DNA of 64,000 bases, from the NCBI GenBank assembly GCA_040755695.1, contig JBFMAK010000001.1, positions 128,637 through 192,636 of the forward strand. Reading direction: 5' to 3'. Source of the stretch: Candidatus Iainarchaeum sp. GTDB lineage: Archaea > Iainarchaeota > Iainarchaeia > Iainarchaeales > 1-14-0-10-31-34. Below are positions 58,073-64,000 of the stretch, one piece after another (position 1 is the stretch's first letter; the number at the start of each line of letters is the position of its first letter). Under the pieces are notes generated by a model. That model did not search any database, was not told the DNA's origin, and saw only the letters and a list, made by a program, of their open reading frames with translations. The translations under genes and the position numbers were made by a program.

Positions 58073-58116
58073 TTTTCAAAGTTTTGCTTTGAAACTATTT
58101 TCAAGCAAAGCTTGAA
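58073..58116. promoter_or_regulatory. Two adjacent palindromes, 'TTTCAAAG ttttg CTTTGAAA' and 'TTTTCAAGC AAA GCTTGAAA', between the aRF1 stop and the TruD promoter
   Basis: Read directly. The second is the same element as 17529-17549. Confidence 0.5.
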
Positions 58117-58121
58117 ATCAT

Positions 58122-59411
58122 TTACTTGTACCTTAAAAAGGCCCCTATGCCCCCAAAGCCTTTCAGGAATTGTTCGCCCTCGCTTGTATCAACTGAAATG
58201 ACCCGTGTTTCTGCGTGGATTGCGTGCGCTTTCTCGATAAGGAAATCAATGTAATCAATTTCCTCCAATAATTCTATTTGAGTTGAGGAACTGCACTTGG
58301 AGCACTTGATTTTGGCTTCATCAAAATTATCCGGATTCTTCACAATAACTTCCTCGAAGGAATTGCATGCAGTGCACTGAATCTTGTACACAATCCATTC
58401 AATTCCCTCAGAGACAAGCAATGTCTTCGCCTTACCTAAATTCAGTGCTTCCTCTACTTCTTGCTGACCATAAGCAACTAGTCCATTCTTCACGATTTCT
58501 TCCAGAAATCTTCCAAGAATTTTTTTCTCTTTTATTATTTCAGTGTCCTTCAATATTTCCTCTGACTTGAAGAATATCTCCCTTATGCCTGATTCATCTG
58601 TGTAGGATGTGTCCACTATTCCTATCACTTTCTGCTTGAGCCTTGAATCTAATGTGCCGACATTCAGGAACTCGTTTTTTGTCATTCCTGGACCCCCAAT
58701 TATTAATCCTTTGAGTTCTTTCTCTGAAGGCAAAAAAGCAGAATTCATTTTCTCGCTCACCCTCTTAAAGAATTCCTGTGCTGCCTCCTCCCTTAATCTT
58801 TCAAAGCGAACGCTGCTCTGCCCCCCAGCACGCGTTTTACCTGCAACGCCTGAAGTGAATCTGCCTAAAATTTCATATCTCTTTCCTTTCAGCAGGGCGA
58901 TTGTTGCCTCTCGCTTGTCTATTACCACCAGACCGTAAATTTCTGAAGGCTTAATCATTTCTTCTAAAGGAGCCAAATGAAATTGATCGTCACACCAATA
59001 CAATTTAGTCTTCAGTTTATCTATTGGCCTTAAAACAAACATTCTGATGTCAGGCCTGCCTTCAACCTCTGAGACATTCCCGCAGAATAAAACAATCCCG
59101 TTTTCTGGAATTTTGAAGTCAATTGACTTAAGGAAGGAATTAATCCTCCTGATTGCTGACTGCACATTCTTTCTTGTGGTAGGGCTTTTAATGTTCGAGG
59201 ACTGGCTTAATTCTTCTGTCAGCTGGCCCATTACAGAGCTCCTGTCGGCTCCGGGGGGAATGTATAAAGTAATCAGTTCAGTGCCTTTCCCCTTGAATTC
59301 CTTTAATTTCTTCAACTTCTTTTTGAATAAGCTTACGTCAGAGTCTTCAACCATCCAATACCACTCAGAAAAATTAAACCGAAGGCTAAGCTGGAACAGA
59401 ATCAGTTGCAT
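58122..59411 (-). CDS. prf1: Peptide chain release factor aRF1
   Basis: 'NIKS' motif in 'SSNIKSPTTRKNV'. 'GGQ' in 'KTRAGGQSSVRF'. Likely true start at the internal Met (59354, 'MVEDSDVSLFKKKL'). CxxC...CxxC insertion in domain 3. Confidence 0.85.
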   Translation of the reverse strand: MQLILFQLSLRFNFSEWYWMVEDSDVSLFKKKLKKLKEFKGKGTELITLYIPPGADRSSVMGQLTEELSQSSNIKSPTTRKNVQSAIRRINSFLKSIDFKIPENGIVLFCGNVSEVEGRPDIRMFVLRPIDKLKTKLYWCDDQFHLAPLEEMIKPSEIYGLVVIDKREATIALLKGKRYEILGRFTSGVAGKTRAGGQSSVRFERLREEAAQEFFKRVSEKMNSAFLPSEKELKGLIIGGPGMTKNEFLNVGTLDSRLKQKVIGIVDTSYTDESGIREIFFKSEEILKDTEIIKEKKILGRFLEEIVKNGLVAYGQQEVEEALNLGKAKTLLVSEGIEWIVYKIQCTACNSFEEVIVKNPDNFDEAKIKCSKCSSSTQIELLEEIDYIDFLIEKAHAIHAETRVISVDTSEGEQFLKGFGGIGAFLRYK

Positions 59412-59503
59412 GCAAAATTTTCTGGCACATATTAAGCCTTTTAATCAATTTAATTAATAAAGTTTTTATATTCCTATGCATAAAAATATTTGGAAGTGAT
59501 TTA

Positions 59504-60283
59504 ATGTTCGACATGTTCAAGATGTTCGAGCAGAACGCAGAGAATGCAGGGCAGGGGCAAGACCAGTATCCAGCACAATTAGAGGCAGAAAGAATTTTTG
59601 TTGTCTCAGTTGGAGGCTCCGCACTAATAAAAGACAAAGTGAACTTCAATCTCTTAGCAAAAATTGCTAATTCTATCTCCAACCTCAAAAAAGAAGGCTT
59701 CAAGTTCGCTGCAGTAGTAGGAGGAGGCAAAATAGCAAGAGACTACCTTGCCTCAGCCAAGCTTTTGGGCACAACAAACAATTTCCTTTTGGACGAAATG
59801 GCAATAAATGTCACGAGAATAAATGCTGCAATGCTCATTCACGCATTAGATGAAGCTCACCCTGAAGTTCAGACAAGGATTTACTCCTCAAAAGACATAA
59901 TCAATTCAGGGAAAATTCCTGTTTATGGAGGCCTAATTCCGGGATTCACAACAGACACTGTTGCAGCCCTTCTCTCAGAATTCCTTGAAGGAACCTTTGT
60001 AAACCTCTCAAACCAGGACGGCATTTACACCTCAGACCCAAAGGAAGACTCCAGCGCAAAACTCATTTCGAAAATGAATCATGACAGGCTCCTAAGATTA
60101 ATGTTCAGGACTGACACAAGGCTTCCAGGGGCAAACGTAATCATTGACGCAGTAACCTGCATGATATTAAACAGAAGCAAAATCAAGGCCATGGTATTGA
60201 ACGCAACAGACCCAGAAAACTTCGAGAGCGCCCTCAGAGGCAATGACTTCACAGGCACACTCATAGAAACAAAAGAGGAATGA
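59504..60283 (+). CDS. pyrH: Uridylate kinase (archaeal UMP kinase)
   Basis: 'RIFVVSVGGSALI', 'AAVVGGGKIARDY', 'VYGGLIPGFTTDTVAALLSEF' and 'TSDPKEDSSAKLISKM' align closely with archaeal PyrH. Confidence 0.8.
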   Translation: MFDMFKMFEQNAENAGQGQDQYPAQLEAERIFVVSVGGSALIKDKVNFNLLAKIANSISNLKKEGFKFAAVVGGGKIARDYLASAKLLGTTNNFLLDEMAINVTRINAAMLIHALDEAHPEVQTRIYSSKDIINSGKIPVYGGLIPGFTTDTVAALLSEFLEGTFVNLSNQDGIYTSDPKEDSSAKLISKMNHDRLLRLMFRTDTRLPGANVIIDAVTCMILNRSKIKAMVLNATDPENFESALRGNDFTGTLIETKEE

Positions 60284-60484
60284 CTACCAATTAAGGCCTC
60301 TTTTTCTCCTTTCTTCTCCAATCTTTCTGCCCTCAGCTTTTGTTACCCTGTTAGCCCTCCCTATTGCCCTCTTCGCCCTATTCGCTGGCGACATAGGGTC
60401 AATCTTTGAAATAAGTTTCCTAATTTTACTCATTAAAATTCCTCCTAAAAAAATAATGCAGGCAAAGAATTTAAACTGAATCAT
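60284..60484 (-). CDS. Small basic protein with an N-terminal hydrophobic helix
   Basis: 66 aa, R/K-rich C-terminus. No family recognised. Confidence 0.2.
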   Translation of the reverse strand: MIQFKFFACIIFLGGILMSKIRKLISKIDPMSPANRAKRAIGRANRVTKAEGRKIGEERRKRGLNW

Positions 60485-60517
60485 ATTTTAATATAATTAA
60501 CTGGGGGGAATTATGAT

Positions 60518-61099
60518 ATGAAATTCAAAACTATTGCTCATTTAATTAATTTTTGCGTTAAACATCCTAAAGTTGCAGCAACATTAGGAACAGTGTTTGT
60601 TTTAGGGATTGGTTCTCTTGTTGTTCCAAAAAACTTGTTTGCTCAAATTCCTGGCGCTTCCCACACAGTATCTCAAAACATCGGGCCCACAAAAGCAGGG
60701 TTCGAATTCGACACAGAAGGAAGCAAAGTAACCGGAAAAAGAATTGTTTTAGACATTGGAAGCACTGACCCAAAAAGAAAAAAAGGCGTTTTTGAATTAA
60801 AATTAGATGCTTCACCTAATGTAAGCCAAAGGGACCTTTTAACAATGAGGGCAGCCCAACAGATAGTTAACGCAAACAATAATATTTTGAGCTTGGGTTT
60901 TCAGGCTTCAGTAATACCCCAAAAAGGAAAAGAAGCAGGAACAAGATATGGTGCGACATTTGAGTCAGGAAAATTTAAGACATCCCTCCAAGCAGTAAAA
61001 TCAGACCAATTGTTATTAAACCAAGACTTTTGCCCGGCAAAAGAAGCTGAAATCACAATGCATATTGCAACAAAAAAAGGAGAAAAGCCTGTTTATTGA
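60518..61099 (+). CDS. Secreted hypothetical protein
   Basis: Signal-like 'VAATLGTVFVLGIGSLVVP'. Confidence 0.3.
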   Translation: MKFKTIAHLINFCVKHPKVAATLGTVFVLGIGSLVVPKNLFAQIPGASHTVSQNIGPTKAGFEFDTEGSKVTGKRIVLDIGSTDPKRKKGVFELKLDASPNVSQRDLLTMRAAQQIVNANNNILSLGFQASVIPQKGKEAGTRYGATFESGKFKTSLQAVKSDQLLLNQDFCPAKEAEITMHIATKKGEKPVY

Positions 61100-61330
61100 A
61101 TAAGGCTTATAGCAAAACCAACAATCAAGGGATGGTATATTGAGACGGGCCCTTCAATTGTAAGAAACCTCAAAGGAAAAACTACTTCAAAAGGCTGGGA
61201 AGCATTCATTTCAAAAGGAAACATTGGAGTGTTTTCTTCAATTAAAAAAGACAGGGGGGCAAAAAAACCGACAGCATTCATTCAAACGCTTTACAAATTT
61301 CCGGCGAGAAAAACTCCTGCAAGAAAATAA

Positions 61331-62284
61331 TTATTTCAGCACCTCATTCAATTCGCTTGCATTTATGAAGGCCTTCTTGTACTGCTGGAAGTCTTCTGCA
61401 AGCCTCGGGCAGGCTGTATTAACAAAACAGTCAACTTGAACGCCCTCAAGGAATTCTGCTCTCACCAAATCTAATGCGAGAAGGAAAGCCCTGAATCCTT
61501 TTTCTTCAATTTTCTTTTTTATTTCTTGGGCAAGCTTCTTGTTCGTTTGCCCTTTCTTTGTTGAAATTATTATCCCAAAAGATTTTGCTTTTATTGCCTT
61601 TGCAATTACAGCATACCTCTTCCTCACCCAGAACTCTTTTTCTGTCTCCAGGCTCATGAAATCCAAATTCAATGGATTGAAAGCAAAAACCTTTTTTTGA
61701 GAGGCAAATGCTGTTCCTAAAGCGTGAAAATGCCCGTCGCCAAGAAAAACTATTGCATCACTTTCTTCTTCAATGTCTTTTACGCAGGAGTGATTGCAGC
61801 CCAGCACCTGCCCGTCAGCTGCAATCTGCTCGTTCCCTTTTCCAACAAAAACAATGAATCCTTTTTTCTCCAGCTCAGTTCTTATTTCCTGCATTGCTGG
61901 GATGAACTGGATTGAAGCGCACAATCCTATTTTCCCCAGATTTTTTCCTTTCAAGAGGAAATCCAGTTTTTCAGCGCACTTTACTGCATCAATGTCATAA
62001 TGCAGTGGAACAAAAATTGTCTTCACTTTAGGCTTGAAGAATTTCTCGTGGCCGAAATGAACTATAAGGTCAGCGCCAAGAACTGACGCCTTCTCTTCTG
62101 GAACATCGCAGGCCCCAAAGCACGGGTCCATCAAGGCAATTACTTCAGTCCCTGTTTTTGACTGAATTTCTTCAATCAATTCAGTTGCCCTTGTTTTAAG
62201 GCCTTCCGGGAGCTGGAGTAGAATCCTCTTTGCCTTGGCTTTTTTTATCTCTTTTATTGCTTTATCCAGGTTGAATTGCAGCAT
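61331..62284 (-). CDS. dph2: Diphthamide synthesis enzyme Dph2 (2-(3-amino-3-carboxypropyl)histidine synthase)
   Basis: 'ILLQLPEGL', 'DPCFGACD', 'FLGDGHFHALG' and 'CFVNTACPR' are Dph2 signatures. Confidence 0.8.
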   Translation of the reverse strand: MLQFNLDKAIKEIKKAKAKRILLQLPEGLKTRATELIEEIQSKTGTEVIALMDPCFGACDVPEEKASVLGADLIVHFGHEKFFKPKVKTIFVPLHYDIDAVKCAEKLDFLLKGKNLGKIGLCASIQFIPAMQEIRTELEKKGFIVFVGKGNEQIAADGQVLGCNHSCVKDIEEESDAIVFLGDGHFHALGTAFASQKKVFAFNPLNLDFMSLETEKEFWVRKRYAVIAKAIKAKSFGIIISTKKGQTNKKLAQEIKKKIEEKGFRAFLLALDLVRAEFLEGVQVDCFVNTACPRLAEDFQQYKKAFINASELNEVLK

Positions 62285-62323
62285 GAGAAATCTTTTGATA
62301 AGAAAAAATTATAAACTTAAAAG

Positions 62324-64000
62324 CTATCTTCCCAGTTTTTTTTCTTCTTCTGCTATTGCAAGCCTTGTTCTTATTACGGTGTCTGGATTTAGAGAAATAG
62401 AGTCAATTCCTTCCTGCACCAGGAATTGCGCGAAATCAGGAAAGTCTGATGGCGCCTGGCCGCATATTCCAATCTTTCTTCCCTTCTTTTTCGCTGAAGC
62501 AATAACCTGTGCAATCAATCTCTTTACTGCGTCATTCCTTTCATTGTAAATATGGGACACAAGCTGTGAGTCCCTGTCTAAGCCCAAAGTCAATTGCGTT
62601 AAATCATTAGAGCCAATGGAGAATCCATCAAATATTCCTGCGAATTCTTCTGCTAAAATTACGTTTGAGGGAATTTCGCACATCACGTAAACCTCAAGGC
62701 CATTCTCTCCCTGCACTAAACCGTTCTTTTTCATTTCCTCTATAACTTTCCTTCCTTCTTCAAGGGTTCTGCAGAATGGAACCATTACCTTTACATTGGT
62801 CAAGCCAATTTCATTCCTTGCCTTTTTTATTGCCTCGCACTCCAACTGGAATCCTTCCCTGTATCTTTCATCGTAATATCTTGAGGCCCCCCTCCAGCCA
62901 ATCATTGGATTGTCTTCTTTTGGCTCAAAGTATTTTCCCCCAATAAGGCCTGCGTATTCATTTGTCTTGAAGTCAGAGAACCTTAAAATTACATCCTTGG
63001 GATGGAATGCTGCGCCAATTAATGCAATCCCTTCAGCCAATTTGTCAATGAAGAACTTCCTTTTATCCTTATAGCCGTGCGTCAGCTCTTCAATTTCTTT
63101 TTTTTCTCTTGCATCAAGCACTCTTTCAGGGTAAAGCAGGGCGAGAGGATGCACTTTAATGTAAGAAGAAATAATGAATTCCTCTCTTGCAAGGCCTACG
63201 CCATCATTTGGAATAAGGCTTTCATCAAAGGCTTGGTCCGGATTGCCTACATTCATCATTATCTTTGTTTTTGTTGAAGGAAGTTCACTCAAATTGATTT
63301 TTTTGACTTCAAATTCAAGCATTCCATCATAAACAGAGCCTTCACTTCCCTGCGAGCAGTCAACCGTAACTGCCTGGCCTGTCTTTATTATTTCGCTTCC
63401 ATTCCCTGTTCCAACAATGCACGGAATTCCCAGTTCTCTGCTCACGATCGCGCTATGGCAATTATTAACAATCACTGGTGTCATTCTTTCGGTGAAAACA
63501 AAATAATTGTGATTATCTTCAATCGTGATATTATATACGTCCTGGATTCCTAATTCCCTTTCTGGTGAAATTCTTAGCATTCTGAGGCTGGAATTTAAAA
63601 TTTTTTCTAATTCTTTTTGTTCTCCTAAGGAAAGCATTTTTTTATATGAATCCAATTCTTTGTCTGAAATTAAAAGATTTTTATTAAACCTGACTTTGGC
63701 ATGCCCCGAATAGTTTACTTTTTCTAAGACTTCTTTTAATAATTGTTTTGCAGAAAAAAATCTTGTTCCCTGTCTTTTCCTTAAAGGATGCCCCTTTACC
63801 CGTTTGGTGTATAAAAATATTTTGTTTAATCCTTCCACCAACTGGATATTATAAATATTCCTGTTGGTTGAAACCTGCGGAAATGACTCAATTTTAAGGC
63901 AAGCTATAATTATTGCTTCAAGCAATTCTTTTTCTGAACAATAAATGTTCACTTTGTTTTTTTCTCTTGAGTATGAGCCATCGCCATCAATTACCCCAGC
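62324..64000 (-). CDS. ppsA: PEP synthase (pyruvate, water dikinase), 3' part: C-extein from the catalytic-His domain onward, preceded by the C-terminal part of an intein; the gene runs off the window
   Basis: '...IVNN|CHSAIVSRELGIPCIVGTG' (phospho-His 'GGRTSHAAIxARELGIP'). PEP-utilizers C-domain 'GSNDLTQLTLGLDRDS'. The frame remains open past 63952 to the window end. Confidence 0.75.
   Translation of the reverse strand, partial: AGVIDGDGSYSREKNKVNIYCSEKELLEAIIIACLKIESFPQVSTNRNIYNIQLVEGLNKIFLYTKRVKGHPLRKRQGTRFFSAKQLLKEVLEKVNYSGHAKVRFNKNLLISDKELDSYKKMLSLGEQKELEKILNSSLRMLRISPERELGIQDVYNITIEDNHNYFVFTERMTPVIVNNCHSAIVSRELGIPCIVGTGNGSEIIKTGQAVTVDCSQGSEGSVYDGMLEFEVKKINLSELPSTKTKIMMNVGNPDQAFDESLIPNDGVGLAREEFIISSYIKVHPLALLYPERVLDAREKKEIEELTHGYKDKRKFFIDKLAEGIALIGAAFHPKDVILRFSDFKTNEYAGLIGGKYFEPKEDNPMIGWRGASRYYDERYREGFQLECEAIKKARNEIGLTNVKVMVPFCRTLEEGRKVIEEMKKNGLVQGENGLEVYVMCEIPSNVILAEEFAGIFDGFSIGSNDLTQLTLGLDRDSQLVSHIYNERNDAVKRLIAQVIASAKKKGRKIGICGQAPSDFPDFAQFLVQEGIDSISLNPDTVIRTRLAIAEEEKKLGR
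63461..64000 (-). mobile_element. Intein in ppsA (partial in window), containing a LAGLIDADG endonuclease
   Basis: Blocks F/G 'VYNITIEDNHNYFVFTERMTPVIVNN' then +1 Cys. 'GVIDGDGSY' LAGLIDADG motif decoded from 63953-64000. The last intein codon is the complement of 63461-63463. Confidence 0.75.

Noticed and set aside
60284-60484. Small basic ORF as a ribosomal protein (L40e/Sec61beta-like)
   Set aside because: No match to the known motifs, and the hydrophobic helix is N-terminal rather than C-terminal; left as hypothetical.
61100-61330. Open reading frame without a start codon downstream of 60518-61099
   Set aside because: The frame begins at the stop of the preceding gene and contains no ATG/GTG/TTG in frame before a long run; likely non-coding or a remnant.
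1-64000. tRNA, rRNA or other structured RNA genes in the intergenic regions
   Set aside because: All intergenic segments longer than 80 nt were scanned by eye (9536-9687, 17399-17634, 43269-43377, 50847-51059, 58018-58121, 61100-61330 among others). None shows the GC-rich acceptor/T-arm pattern or the length expected for a tRNA. A covariance-model search would be needed to be sure.

Overview
This 64-kb window reads as a low-GC (roughly 35-40% by eye) archaeal chromosome segment. Most genes have Shine-Dalgarno-like GGAGG/GAGGTG motifs 5-9 nt upstream of the start, and tight or overlapping gene junctions (ATGA, TAAATG) are common. Gene content is archaeal information processing: Orc1/Cdc6, RFC large subunit, two PCNA paralogues, primase PriL and PriS, a Gins51-like protein, pheS-pheT, aRF1, aIF2-alpha with S27e, RpoL with Csl4 and a DUF99-like protein, TruD, RNase Z, Dph2 and UMP kinase. 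There are also envelope genes (a 1243-aa glycosylated FN3/Ig/dockerin-like surface protein, a ~970-aa S-layer-like protein next to an AglH-like glycosyltransferase), several toxin-antitoxin-like pairs, and AT-rich islands that look foreign. No rRNA, tRNA or CRISPR array was recognised by eye. The main finding is the LonB protease locus (22726-29155). Lon is encoded in three consecutive ORFs in three different frames, and the coding sequence is interrupted by three inteins. Intein 1 is contiguous, sits in the Walker-A motif and carries a LAGLIDADG endonuclease plus an HTH. Inteins 2 and 3 are each physically broken just upstream of their block F/G (C-terminal splicing) region. Intein 2 is broken by a stop codon followed by a 0.9-kb insert containing an independent 228-aa ORF. 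Intein 3 is broken by a stop/start overlap (ATGA) that has a strong ribosome-binding site. This looks like a Lon assembled by two protein trans-splicing events plus one cis-splicing event, reminiscent of the split-intein PolB of Nanoarchaeum; this is an inference from sequence. A fourth intein with a LAGLIDADG motif interrupts PEP synthase just before its catalytic His at the window's 3' edge, and a free-standing LAGLIDADG-HTH endonuclease lies at 8.3-9.5 kb. The lineage is probably a small-genome (DPANN-like) archaeon, but this cannot be established from this window. All family assignments are from reading the translations by eye; no searches were run.
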